DNA from: Zymomonas mobilis subsp. mobilis ATCC 10988
GTDB taxonomy: Bacteria > Pseudomonadota > Alphaproteobacteria > Sphingomonadales > Sphingomonadaceae
Reading direction: 5' to 3'
Assembly: GCF_000175255.2 (NCBI RefSeq)
Contig: NC_017262.1
Coordinates: 1,740,001-1,772,000, forward strand
Length of the DNA: 32,000 nt
Shown here: positions 1 to 9,271 of the stretch, in pieces
Layout of the letters: each line of letters opens with the position of its first letter
Position numbering within the stretch: the first letter of the stretch is position 1
The notes under the pieces: model-generated
Told to the model about the DNA's origin: nothing
Databases searched by the model: none
Seen by the model: only the letters and a program-made list of their open reading frames with translations
Made by a program: the position numbers and the translations under genes

Positions 1-1419
1 AAGTCCAATTAAAATCTGGCGGCTATATTGGCATTCAAGATCAGAAATAGTCGGCGTGGGAAGATCAGATAGCGTGACCGTCGCTGCTATTGTAGTCTGA
101 CTGTCCTGCTGTTTTTTACTTTTCCACCCGAAATTCTCGTAGAAGAGATTTTTAAAATTGCTGCGATAACCACGGGCAATAAATTCATCACGGCAGGAGG
201 CTGCTAATTCGTCCAGTCTTTTGGATAAAGCGGCACGCCCTTCTGGTGACCGCGGATCAATCTGGGAAGCTTCAAAGCGGTATAATAACCGATCAAGAGC
301 AATCGGGCGGGATAAAACCTCTTCAAAAGCAGATTTTCCCTGTTCCTTGACCAAGTCATCAGGGTCTTTCCCATTGGGCAGGGTCACAAAAGACAGGGTC
401 TTACCGGGGCGCGCCTGAACAAGGGCGCGTTCAGCCGCTCTGACAGCGGCTTTCTGTCCGGCTGAATCGCCATCAAAACAAAGAATCGGCTTGTCTTCTA
501 TCCGCCACAGCCGTTCAATCTGATGTTCGGTTAAGGCCGTTCCCAATGGGGCAACCGCTTCGTGAATACCCGCTTGCGCTAGACCGATAACATCCAGATA
601 GCCTTCGACAACGATAATCCGATTTTGTCGTCTCGCCGCCTGACTGGCCTTATCAATATTGTAAAGCGTGCGTCCTTTATCGAAAAGAGGCGTTTCAGGC
701 GAATTGAGATATTTCGGGCTGTTATCGGGAAGGCTATTGCCACCCTCTATAGACTCCAGCCGCCGACCACCAAAGGCAATAACACGTCCGCGTTGGTCTT
801 TAATCGGAATCATCAGCCGTCCGCGGAACCGGTCATAGGGATCTCGCCCTTCAACCGATATCAACAATCCAACTTCAATCAGCTTTTCAACGGCATGATG
901 GGATAAGGCATTTTTCAACCGTCCCCGTCCATTTGGGGCAAAGCCGAGACCAAAATTTTGGGCGATGGCAGGCGAGATGCCTCTGTTATCGAGATAACGG
1001 CGCACTTCAGCGCCTTCGATACCGTGCAGCTGTTCAGAAAACCATTTCGCCGCTTCTGCCATAATATCATGCAGGGTTGCCGTTCTTTTGGCCTGTCTGA
1101 CCGCCGCCGGATTGGCTTCGGGAATATCCATACCCGCTTGGCCTGCCAATTCACGCACCGCATCCATAAAGGATAGGCCGCGCGTTTCGGTCACAAAGCG
1201 GATAGCATCGCCATGCGCACCACAGCCAAAGCAATGATAAAAACCCTTTTCATCATTGACGTAAAAGCTGGGCGTTTTCTCATTATGGAAGGGGCAACAG
1301 GCACGAAATTCCCGTCCGGCGCGGGTCAGCTTTACCGTCCGCCCAATCAGCGACGAAAGCGTAATGCGCTGGCGCAATTCATCCAGAAATTCAGGAGGAA
1401 GGAAGTGGCCGGTGGTCAT
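1..1419 (-). CDS. dnaG: DNA primase DnaG, N-terminal 473 codons; the 3' end runs off the window start
   Basis: Not in the supplied track because it is open at the edge. My reverse-complement translation from the ATG (complement of 1417-1419) gives MTTGHFLPPEFLDELRQRITLSSLIGRTVKLTRAGREFRACCPFHNEKTPSFYVNDEKGFYHCFGCGAHGDAIRF (CHC2 zinc finger), then GRLMIPIKDQRGRVIAFGGRRL and IIVVEGYLDVIGLAQAG...CFDGDSAGQKAA (TOPRIM). There is no stop down to position 1. Confidence 0.93.
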   Translation of the reverse strand, partial: MTTGHFLPPEFLDELRQRITLSSLIGRTVKLTRAGREFRACCPFHNEKTPSFYVNDEKGFYHCFGCGAHGDAIRFVTETRGLSFMDAVRELAGQAGMDIPEANPAAVRQAKRTATLHDIMAEAAKWFSEQLHGIEGAEVRRYLDNRGISPAIAQNFGLGFAPNGRGRLKNALSHHAVEKLIEVGLLISVEGRDPYDRFRGRLMIPIKDQRGRVIAFGGRRLESIEGGNSLPDNSPKYLNSPETPLFDKGRTLYNIDKASQAARRQNRIIVVEGYLDVIGLAQAGIHEAVAPLGTALTEHQIERLWRIEDKPILCFDGDSAGQKAAVRAAERALVQARPGKTLSFVTLPNGKDPDDLVKEQGKSAFEEVLSRPIALDRLLYRFEASQIDPRSPEGRAALSKRLDELAASCRDEFIARGYRSNFKNLFYENFGWKSKKQQDSQTTIAATVTLSDLPTPTISDLECQYSRQILIGL

Positions 1420-1935
1420 TATTGTCCCATGAGACCATAAAAAAGACGGAAGGGCAGAAAAGCACTAAGGCTCTCTGCGCGGAAAAGCGATAAAACCAAA
1501 TTTTTTTGTAGAACGGGTATCTGACTTTTATACTGCCCAGACGGGTATATCTGTTTTTGTTCATCGCGCCCTTGGTTCAGGGACAACTTCCCGCAAAGCA
1601 GAGGCGGTATCAGAACAAAAAAGGAGCAGCTATAAAGAAGATATCGAATCACCCGATAATTATACCTGTTTAGCAAGAAAGTCGGGCTTTATCCAGTTGA
1701 AAAGCATTTCTCTTCCAACAGACTGAAAGATAAAAAGCGCATTTTGCGGATTTTTTGACCTTGATCGCTCTTCCGGCGGTTTTTTATCAGAAGAGAAGTG
1801 CCGGCCTTTCCAATCTAAATAGAATTTTCAGTAATAATCCTATTCTTTCAAAGCCTTAAATAGATATGCCTCTTGCCTAATTATACGTGTTTTTCTATCG
1901 ACGGTTTTCTTACATCATTTTGAGGAGGTAAAAAG

Positions 1936-2046
1936 ATGTCAGACTTCAATTTAAAAAACGAAAAATCGAATAAAATAGGCAGAATAGCCATTGTTTTTCT
2001 GGGATTTATTATCGGTTTTGTTCTTGCCGAAAAATTTCTGTTTTAA
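1936..2046 (+). CDS. Candidate small membrane protein, 36 aa (MSDFNLKNEKSNKIGRIAIVFLGFIIGFVLAEKFLF)
   Basis: Below the size cutoff of the ORF track. ATG 1936 is preceded by GAGGAGG (1922-1928) with a 7-nt spacer. The peptide has a polar N-terminus followed by one hydrophobic helix. A + strand terminator-like hairpin lies at 2267-2287. I recognise no homology. Confidence 0.4.
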   Translation: MSDFNLKNEKSNKIGRIAIVFLGFIIGFVLAEKFLF

Positions 2047-2266
2047 ATTTGATGAAGTGTAGATGAAAATCTCTCTAATTTTCTCTTAATTCTACCACGG
2101 GTTGCTTATCCGTTATTATAAAAGACGAAGGGCAACCCTATTGATCGCGATCATACCACTCTAAAAAATATAATCCCATCAGCTCTAGGCCGTCTTTAAC
2201 TAAGTTATGTCGATCTTAAGAACAGACTTAATGAAAATTTGGGGTGGTTGGTTAAAAATCAAAGCT

Positions 2267-2287
2267 GGGGAGGCTTCCCCCTTTTTT
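2267..2287 (+). terminator. Putative intrinsic terminator (GGGGA-GGCT-TCCCC followed by C-TTTTTT)
   Basis: A 5-bp GC stem with a tetraloop is followed by a T6 run on the + strand. It could end a transcript carrying the 1936-2046 ORF. Confidence 0.45.
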
Positions 2288-2318
2288 GTCAAAAAGCGGG
2301 GGCAAGAAAGTCCCGCTT
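2288..2318 (-). terminator. Putative intrinsic terminator of the yqeY-like gene
   Basis: On the minus strand AAGCGGG-11 nt-CCCGCTT is followed by TTTGAC, giving CTTTTTG overall. It starts about 30 nt after the stop at 2347-2349. Confidence 0.55.
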
Positions 2319-2346
2319 CCTGACAAAAACAATCCGATCGGTTTTA

Positions 2347-2805
2347 TCAGCCCTGCGCCAACAGTGCTTTCACCATGGGGCCCGCCTTGCTCATATCCAT
2401 CTGGGTGGCATAGCGTTCTTTAATCAAGCCCATGACTTTGCCCATTTCTTTTATCGAGCTGGCGCCTGATTCTTTAATTAAACCGGCAATCGCGGTCTTG
2501 GCTTCTTCTTCGCTCATCTGTTTGGGAAGGAAGCTGCTGATAACGTCTAATTCACTTTGTTCTTTGGCTGCCAGTTCAGGACGACCGCCTTTTTCATACA
2601 TATCAATCGATTCGCGACGTTGCTTTGCCATTTTTAACAAAACTTCGGTGACCAGTTTATCGTCATCGGTTGCGTCACTTTCCGTGCGCTCTTCAATGTC
2701 ACGATAGCGAACTGCCGCTTGAATCAGGCGTAAAGCGGCGGTTTTTTCACTATCACGCGCTTTCATAGCGGTGATAAGACCGGCTTTTATTTCATCTCTT
2801 ATCAT
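2347..2805 (-). CDS. yqeY: GatB/YqeY-domain protein (about 152 aa)
   Basis: The track ORF is 2347-2931. The conserved family N-terminus begins at internal Met 43 (MIRDEIKAGLITAMKARDSEKTAALRLIQAAV...), i.e. the ATG at 2805. The sequence upstream of that Met looks non-coding. Confidence 0.8.
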   Translation of the reverse strand: MIRDEIKAGLITAMKARDSEKTAALRLIQAAVRYRDIEERTESDATDDDKLVTEVLLKMAKQRRESIDMYEKGGRPELAAKEQSELDVISSFLPKQMSEEEAKTAIAGLIKESGASSIKEMGKVMGLIKERYATQMDMSKAGPMVKALLAQG

Positions 2806-3055
2806 AAATAATGCCTTATAGATTGGGAATTCTGACGACAGATCCCTGTTATTGCCGAAAAAAACAACCATATTTTCTAGTGGAAACCGGCATAAATGAC
2901 TGTGTTGGCGTGCCGGTGAATGGTCGGGCAATGGAAAGAAAGCGAACAGTATAGCGGATATTTGTTGATTTTAATAGATTGACCAAAGAAACGACCGCCC
3001 TTACTGATGCGCCGTTTATCTATTTCCCGCCAGCATAAAAAAAGGAGAACCTCAG

Positions 3056-4228
3056 GTGGCTGATCCCATATCTGCACGCCCCCCGGAAGGCGCAACCGGG
3101 GTTTTGGTTTTAGCCGATGGTCAAATGATATGGGGCCGCGGTTTCGGTGCAACCGGAGCCAAAGTCGGTGAGGTCTGCTTCCATACCGCGATGACCGGTT
3201 ATGAAGAAATCATGACGGATCCCAGCTTTGCCAGCCAGATTATCAATTTCACCTTCCCGCATATCGGCAATGTCGGCGCGAACAGAGAAGATGTCGAAGC
3301 GAAAACGCTCCATGCTCTCGGCTGCATTGTCAGGGAAGATGTGACAGCCCCTTCTAATTTCAGAAGTCTATGGCGTTTTGATAGCTGGTTAAAAGATCAC
3401 GACCGTATCGGTCTTGCTGGTGTTGATACCCGCGCTTTAACTGGATTGCTGCGGAAAAAAGGCGCGCAAAACGCTGTCATTGCCCATGATCCCAAGGGAC
3501 AGTTTGATATTCCGGCCTTGATCGAAACGGCGCGTAGCTGGGCAGGGTTGCAGGGCATGGATTTAGCCCGTTCGGTCTCGACCCATCAAAGCTATAACTG
3601 GCAGGAAGGCATCTGGTCTTTACAGAATGGTTATAGCGTTGTTGATAACCAAAAAGGCCCCCATGTTGTCGCAATTGATTACGGTTTAAAACACAACATC
3701 CTTAGAAATCTGGTTGAAGCCGGTGCAAGGGTGACCGTGGTCAAGGCAACGGCGAGCTTTGACGAAGTCATGGCACATAAGCCGGATGGCGTTTTCCTTT
3801 CCAACGGCCCGGGTGATCCGGCGGCAACGGCTGAATATGCGGTTCCCGTCATTCGCCAGCTGCTTGATATTAAAATGCCGATCTTCGGAATCTGCCTTGG
3901 TCATCAGCTTTTGGCGCTGGCCGTTGGGGCTACGACGTATAAGATGCATCAGGGACATCGCGGCGCCAACCATCCGGTGAAAAGATTGGATGATAGCAAG
4001 GTTGAAATCACCTCGATGAATCATGGCTTTGCGGTCGCCACCGACAGTTTGCCAGAACAAGCGCGGCCAACGCATCTTTCCTTGTTCGATGGTTCCTTGG
4101 CGGGGCTTGAATTAACCGATCGTCCGGCTTTCTCGGTGCAATACCATCCCGAAGCCAGCCCAGGGCCACAGGATAGCTATTATCTTTTCACCAAATTCAT
4201 CGATCTCATCGCGAAGGAGCGGCCATAA
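3056..4228 (+). CDS. carA: Carbamoyl-phosphate synthase small (glutamine amidotransferase) subunit
   Basis: GTG start at 3056 with AGGAG at 3043-3047. Class-I amidotransferase nucleophile motif PIFGICLGHQLL, and C-terminal QYHPEASPGPQD. Confidence 0.95.
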   Translation: MADPISARPPEGATGVLVLADGQMIWGRGFGATGAKVGEVCFHTAMTGYEEIMTDPSFASQIINFTFPHIGNVGANREDVEAKTLHALGCIVREDVTAPSNFRSLWRFDSWLKDHDRIGLAGVDTRALTGLLRKKGAQNAVIAHDPKGQFDIPALIETARSWAGLQGMDLARSVSTHQSYNWQEGIWSLQNGYSVVDNQKGPHVVAIDYGLKHNILRNLVEAGARVTVVKATASFDEVMAHKPDGVFLSNGPGDPAATAEYAVPVIRQLLDIKMPIFGICLGHQLLALAVGATTYKMHQGHRGANHPVKRLDDSKVEITSMNHGFAVATDSLPEQARPTHLSLFDGSLAGLELTDRPAFSVQYHPEASPGPQDSYYLFTKFIDLIAKERP

Positions 4229-4295
4229 TGCGGATTAACCGCATCTACCGCTCTTTCCGTTTTGTCTTTTCCTTTTCCCCGTTAAGGTTTTTGTG

Positions 4296-7200
4296 ATGCC
4301 CAAAAGAACCGACCTCCAATCGATTATGATTATCGGCGCTGGTCCGATCGTTATTGGTCAGGCCTGTGAATTCGATTATTCAGGGACGCAGGCCTGCAAA
4401 GCTTTGCGGGAAGAAGGCTATCGGGTTATTCTGGTCAACTCCAATCCGGCGACCATTATGACCGATCCCGATATGGCCGACGCGACCTATATCGAGCCGA
4501 TCACGCCCGAAGTCGTTGCCCGTATCATTGAAAAAGAACGTCCTGATGCCCTGCTGCCAACGATGGGCGGACAAACGGCCTTAAATACGGCCTTGGCGCT
4601 TGCCAGCGACGGGACACTTGAAAAATTCAATTGCGAGATGATCGGGGCAGATGCCACGGCGATTGATAAAGCCGAAGATCGCCTGAAATTCCGTCAAGCG
4701 ATGGATAAAATCGGTCTCGAAAGCCCACGTTCCTCGGTGGCTCATTCTTTGGAAGAAGCCCTTGATGGCTTGGATTATGTCGGCCTTCCGGCCATTATCC
4801 GTCCGTCTTTCACGATGGGTGGCACTGGCGGCGGCGTCGCTTATAATAAAGAAGAATTTATTGATATTGTTTCCGGTGGTCTTTCGGCCTCTCCGACACA
4901 GGAAGTTTTGATCGAAGAATCTGTGATCGGATGGAAAGAATATGAAATGGAGGTCGTCCGCGACCGCCATGACAATTGCATTATTATCTGTTCGATCGAA
5001 AATATCGACCCGATGGGGGTGCATACCGGCGATTCAATCACGGTCGCACCGGCATTGACCATGACGGATAAAGAATATCAGATCATGCGGAATGCCTCGA
5101 TTGCGGTTCTGCGTGAAATCGGGGTTGAAACTGGCGGTTCTAACGTTCAATTCGCCCTTAACCCCGAAAATGGCCGTCTGGTCGTTATTGAAATGAATCC
5201 GCGTGTTAGCCGTTCTTCGGCTTTGGCTTCCAAGGCCACCGGTTTCCCGATTGCGAAAGTCGCTACCAAATTGGCGATTGGTTATACGCTGGATGAAATC
5301 ACCAATGATATCACTGGCGCAACACCGGCCAGCTTTGAACCGACCATTGACTATGTCGTTACCAAAATCCCGCGTTTCGCTTTTGAAAAATTCAAAAATG
5401 CCAAACCGCTTTTGACGACGGCCATGAAGTCAGTCGGTGAAGTGATGGCTATTGGTCGCTCCTTTCCGGAAAGTCTTCAAAAAGCGCTGCGTGGTCTAGA
5501 AAATGGCCTTTCGGGTCTTGATCCGGTCGAAGCTCTGGTTGGAGCCAATCCTTCGGTGATAGAAGCCGAATTGGCACGTCCAACGCCTGATCGTCTATTG
5601 GTGGCTGCCCAAGCCTTACGGGAAGGTCTTACCGCAGAAAGAATCTGCGAAATCACCCATTACGATCCTTGGTTTATTGCACGGTTGGCTGAAATTATTG
5701 CTGCTGAAAATGAAGTCATTTCCAATGGCCTTCCTCTTGAAGCCGCCGCTTTCCGCCGCTTAAAAGCCATGGGCTTCTCCGATAAACGCTTGGCTGATCT
5801 CGCTTTGCAATCAGCTCATCTGCGTGGCTTAGGTAAAGCACAAGCCAAAGGCTCCGGCATTGTGCATGATGCGTTGCAGGCCATGACAGGCGGCGTAACA
5901 GAAGCCGAAGTGCGCACTTTACGGCATAGCCTGAATATCCGCCCTGTTTTCAAGCGGATTGATAGCTGCGCAGCTGAATTTGAAGCCAAAACGCCTTATA
6001 TGTATTCCACTTATGAAGCGCCTTTCTTTGGTGAACCTGTTTGCGATTCTTTGCCAAGCAATCGTAAAAAGGTTGTGATCCTTGGTGGCGGGCCCAACCG
6101 TATCGGGCAGGGTTTGGAATTTGATTATTGCTGCTGTCATGCTTGCTTTGCTTTGGAAGCAGCTGGCTATGAAACGATTATGGTTAATTGTAACCCAGAA
6201 ACGGTTTCAACTGACTATGACACTTCCGACCGCCTCTATTTCGAGCCTTTGACGGGCGAAGATGTGCTAGAAATCCTGCATACAGAGCAGAAAAACGGCA
6301 CGCTTGTCGGTGTAATTGTTCAGTTCGGTGGTCAAACCCCTCTGAAACTGGCGGCCGAAATTGAAAAAGCCGGTATCCCGATTTTGGGAACCAGCCCTGA
6401 TGCTATTGATCTTGCCGAAGATCGCGAACGCTTCTCGGCTTTGGTCTCTGAATTAGGCTTACTCCAGCCTGCCAATGGCATTGCCCGCAGCCGCGATGAA
6501 GCCATCAGTGTTGCCGACAAAATCGGTTATCCAATCCTGATCCGTCCTTCCTATGTTTTGGGTGGTCGGGCGATGGAAATCATCGATGGCCCCAGCCAGT
6601 TGGATGACTATATTCATACGGCGGTCAAGGTTTCCGGTGAATCTCCCGTTTTGATTGATCAATATTTGCGGGATGCGACCGAAGTCGATGTGGATGCCGT
6701 GGCTGATGGCGATGATGTCGTTGTCGCTGGTATCTTACAGCATATCGAAGAAGCGGGTATCCATTCGGGGGACAGCGCTTGCTCTATCCCGCCTTATAGC
6801 TTGCCAGCCTCGATCATCGAAGAGATCAAAAGCCAGACCGATAAATTAGCCCGCGCTTTAAAGGTGCAGGGGTTGATGAATATTCAGTTCGCGGTCAAAG
6901 GTGACAAGGTTTATCTGATTGAAGTCAATCCCCGTGCCAGCCGTACGGTGCCTTTTGTTGCAAAAGCAGATGGTCGTCCTGTCGCTCAAGTCGCCGCCAG
7001 AGTTATGGCTGGTGAAAAATTGCGGAATTTACCGGAAATAAGCTGGCCAGAAGGGTATACCGCAGTCAAAGAAGCGGTCTTCCCATGGGCGCGTTTCCCA
7101 GGGGTTGATCCGGTTCTGTCACCGGAAATGAAATCCACTGGCGAAGTGATGGGCATTGATATCGACTTCCCGATGGCTTTTGCCAAAGCCCAGTTGGCAG

Positions 7201-7628
7201 CCGGTAATGCCCTTCCTCGGGCAGGCACCTTCTTTATTTCTGTCAAAGACAGCGATAAAGCCCAGATAGTCGAGCCGATAAAAGCTTTAACCGATCTGGG
7301 GATAAAATTGGTCGCGACCGACGGTACGGCTCGCTACCTGCAATCCAAGGGCGTTCCTGTTGAACGGGTCAACAAAGTCAGGGAAGGGCGCCCTCATATT
7401 GTCGATTTAATCAAGGATGGAGCCATTAGTCTGGTTGTCAACACCACAGAAGGATGGCAATCTCTACAGGATTCGGCTTCTATCCGTTCTTCGGTAGTAT
7501 TAGCCCCCGTTCCTTATTTCACGACCGCTGCGGCTGCTATTGTTGCTGCTGAGGCGATTGTGGCAATCAAGGCACGGGAACTTGAAGTCCGTTCTTTGCA
7601 ATCCTATCATTCAATGAAGCACGCCTAA
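4296..7628 (+). CDS. carB: Carbamoyl-phosphate synthase large subunit
   Basis: [37 protein letters not shown], plus the duplicated half [26 protein letters not shown] (two ATP-grasp halves) and an MGS-like C-terminus. The track begins at GTG 4293; I prefer the adjacent ATG 4296 (AAGG at 4284-4287). Confidence 0.96.
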   Translation: MPKRTDLQSIMIIGAGPIVIGQACEFDYSGTQACKALREEGYRVILVNSNPATIMTDPDMADATYIEPITPEVVARIIEKERPDALLPTMGGQTALNTALALASDGTLEKFNCEMIGADATAIDKAEDRLKFRQAMDKIGLESPRSSVAHSLEEALDGLDYVGLPAIIRPSFTMGGTGGGVAYNKEEFIDIVSGGLSASPTQEVLIEESVIGWKEYEMEVVRDRHDNCIIICSIENIDPMGVHTGDSITVAPALTMTDKEYQIMRNASIAVLREIGVETGGSNVQFALNPENGRLVVIEMNPRVSRSSALASKATGFPIAKVATKLAIGYTLDEITNDITGATPASFEPTIDYVVTKIPRFAFEKFKNAKPLLTTAMKSVGEVMAIGRSFPESLQKALRGLENGLSGLDPVEALVGANPSVIEAELARPTPDRLLVAAQALREGLTAERICEITHYDPWFIARLAEIIAAENEVISNGLPLEAAAFRRLKAMGFSDKRLADLALQSAHLRGLGKAQAKGSGIVHDALQAMTGGVTEAEVRTLRHSLNIRPVFKRIDSCAAEFEAKTPYMYSTYEAPFFGEPVCDSLPSNRKKVVILGGGPNRIGQGLEFDYCCCHACFALEAAGYETIMVNCNPETVSTDYDTSDRLYFEPLTGEDVLEILHTEQKNGTLVGVIVQFGGQTPLKLAAEIEKAGIPILGTSPDAIDLAEDRERFSALVSELGLLQPANGIARSRDEAISVADKIGYPILIRPSYVLGGRAMEIIDGPSQLDDYIHTAVKVSGESPVLIDQYLRDATEVDVDAVADGDDVVVAGILQHIEEAGIHSGDSACSIPPYSLPASIIEEIKSQTDKLARALKVQGLMNIQFAVKGDKVYLIEVNPRASRTVPFVAKADGRPVAQVAARVMAGEKLRNLPEISWPEGYTAVKEAVFPWARFPGVDPVLSPEMKSTGEVMGIDIDFPMAFAKAQLAAGNALPRAGTFFISVKDSDKAQIVEPIKALTDLGIKLVATDGTARYLQSKGVPVERVNKVREGRPHIVDLIKDGAISLVVNTTEGWQSLQDSASIRSSVVLAPVPYFTTAAAAIVAAEAIVAIKARELEVRSLQSYHSMKHA

Positions 7629-7651
7629 TCCCGATCTTTAATTGAGTGCAA

Positions 7652-7673
7652 ACAGAGCAGATTTCTGCTCTGT
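7652..7673 (+). terminator. Putative terminator after carB
   Basis: Perfect 9-bp stem ACAGAGCAG / CTGCTCTGT with an ATTT loop, 24 nt after the carB stop. The downstream sequence is T-rich but interrupted. Confidence 0.55.
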
Positions 7674-7709
7674 ATGGGATTTACTTTTATCGTTTAGGGG
7701 ATATTGCCT

Positions 7710-8186
7710 ATGGCAGCCCAAGAAAAAATACCGATGCTTATCGAAGGTCAGCAAATGCTGATGGATGAGCTGGCAAGATTACACGCTGAAAGACCTAAGA
7801 TCATTGACGCGATCGAAGAAGCGCGCGCTCATGGCGATCTGTCTGAAAATGCCGAATATCATGCGGCAAAGGAAAGACAGGGGCAGGTCGAGGCGATGAT
7901 TGGCGATATCGAAGGCAAATTAAGCCGGGCGCTTGTGATCGATCCGAAAACCTTATCTGGTGATAAGGTAATCTTTGGCGCCACTGTCCATCTGTTGGAT
8001 GAAGACGATAAGCCGGTCAAATATCAGATTGTCGGTCAAACTGAAGCCAATGCTAAAGGCGGCCGAATTTCTTATAATTCACCCTTGGGGCGGGCGTTGA
8101 TTGGTCGCAAAGTCGATGACGAAATCGAAGTCTCTGTACCATCAGGTGATCGTTATTATCTGATTTCAAAAATCGAATTTATTTAG
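7710..8186 (+). CDS. greA: Transcription elongation factor GreA
   Basis: [19 protein letters not shown]...[16 protein letters not shown], typical GreA. The track starts at TTG 7704; ATG 7710 with GGGGA at 7696-7700 is the more likely start. Confidence 0.93.
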   Translation: MAAQEKIPMLIEGQQMLMDELARLHAERPKIIDAIEEARAHGDLSENAEYHAAKERQGQVEAMIGDIEGKLSRALVIDPKTLSGDKVIFGATVHLLDEDDKPVKYQIVGQTEANAKGGRISYNSPLGRALIGRKVDDEIEVSVPSGDRYYLISKIEFI

Positions 8187-8202
8187 GTCTGGATTGTAAG
8201 CC

Positions 8203-8841
8203 GTGCGTCTGCCTCCTGCCCGTGCCACTACGGTTCTGGTTATTTTGACTTCCGGCGTGTGGCTTACAACCTTTTTACTGAAAATTCAGGATCTTTGGGC
8301 GGTAAAAGCGGGATTTATTCCCGCTCGTCTGCATGGTTGGGCATCGGGCGTGCCTTCCTTGCCATTCTGGATAACGCCTTTGTCCGCGACATTCGCTCAT
8401 GGCGGGCTGATGCATATTGCTTTCAATATGGTGATGCTGGCTTTTTGTGGCCGCTATGTCGAAATGATTATAGGCAGCCGTAAGTTCCTATGGCTCTATG
8501 TTATTGGTGCCTATAGTTCGGCTTTTTTCCAATATCTTTTCTATCCAAACAGCCAAGACCCGATGATCGGGGCAAGCGGTGCCATATCCACCTTATTCGG
8601 TGCTTATGCCGTTTTATTTGGACGAGAACCCCAGATTTTTGCTTCCCGTTGGTTTAACCAAGTCGTCCAAATTTTATGGTTGGCTGCGGCATGGTCTATT
8701 CTACAAATTTTAATTGGCTTCAGCGAAAGCCCGGGGCTAATGCTGGCAACGGCGGCTCATATTGGCGGTTTTATTACAGGCCTTATTCTTATTAGGCCGA
8801 TGTTGCATTTCCATTATTACAATAAGTTCAAAAAATATTGA
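8203..8841 (+). CDS. Rhomboid-family intramembrane serine protease
   Basis: Polytopic membrane protein with GASGAISTLFG (catalytic GxSG) and AAHIGGFITGL (catalytic His helix). GTG start 17 nt after the greA stop with no terminator between, so probably co-transcribed with greA. Confidence 0.85.
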   Translation: MRLPPARATTVLVILTSGVWLTTFLLKIQDLWAVKAGFIPARLHGWASGVPSLPFWITPLSATFAHGGLMHIAFNMVMLAFCGRYVEMIIGSRKFLWLYVIGAYSSAFFQYLFYPNSQDPMIGASGAISTLFGAYAVLFGREPQIFASRWFNQVVQILWLAAAWSILQILIGFSESPGLMLATAAHIGGFITGLILIRPMLHFHYYNKFKKY

Positions 8842-8993
8842 TTGCCGTCGAATATCCGGTGAATACAGCTAGCCTAGACGAGCGTTGCGTTGGAAAAAGG
8901 CGTTTTTAATACAGGCGGATCGCCTTTAATCGCTTATTTCAGCAAGAACAGCCGTTGTAGAAAGGCTTGTGTCGATTATTTTCCCATGATGTA

Positions 8994-9130
8994 ACAAGCC
9001 ACAAGCCACAAGCCACAAGCCACAAGCCACAAGCCACAAGCCACAAGCCACAAGCCACAAGCCACAAGCCACAAGCCACAAGCCACAAGCCACAAGCCAC
9101 AAGCCACAAGCCACAAGCCACAAGCCACAA
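8994..9130. repeat. Perfect tandem heptanucleotide array (ACAAGCC), 19 full units plus ACAA
   Basis: Read directly: 137 bp with no mismatch. It lies between convergent genes (stops at 8841 and 9272). The + strand of the array contains no T. Confidence 0.98.
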
Positions 9131-9180
9131 TTATATCTATAGGCTTTAGATGTCGGTTCTTAGAGGATCTGTCTTGTTAT

Positions 9181-9213
9181 AAAAAAGACCTCCCATAAAA
9201 TGAAGGAAGGTCT
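9181..9213 (-). terminator. Putative intrinsic terminator of the MlaC-like gene
   Basis: On the minus strand AGACCTTCC-10 nt-GGGAGGTCT (8 of 9 pairs) is followed directly by TTTTTAT. Confidence 0.6.
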
Positions 9214-9229
9214 ATCTTAGCCGCATTTA

Positions 9230-9259
9230 AAGGCCTCTAATGTTGATATCAGAGGCCTT
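9230..9259. terminator. Hairpin just downstream of the MlaC-like stop
   Basis: Perfect 9-bp stem AAGGCCTCT / AGAGGCCTT with a 12-nt loop. There is no clear U tract on either strand. Confidence 0.35.
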
Positions 9260-9271
9260 AACGCCCGATCA

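Noticed and set aside
1419-1676. 85-aa minus-strand ORF immediately upstream of dnaG
   Set aside because: The sequence is low-complexity and hydrophobic or aromatic-rich without a family resemblance. It has no SD and spans what should be the dnaG promoter. Only its terminal TAATG overlap with dnaG is retained as an observation.
2239-2469. 76-aa + strand ORF starting at TTG 2239
   Set aside because: It runs through two terminator hairpins and then antisense into the yqeY-like gene, and it has no SD. I consider it spurious.
8994-9130. Possibility that the tandem array is a CRISPR array
   Set aside because: The units are 7 bp and directly abutting with no spacers, and no cas genes are present. 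It is a microsatellite, not a CRISPR array.
8926-9149. Three track ORFs spanning the heptamer array (repeats WLVACGL on the - strand, HKPQATS on the + strand)
   Set aside because: A 7-bp unit repeated about 20 times is stop-free in several frames by construction. The ORFs have no SD, start in arbitrary flanking sequence and overlap each other. The array is better described as non-coding DNA.
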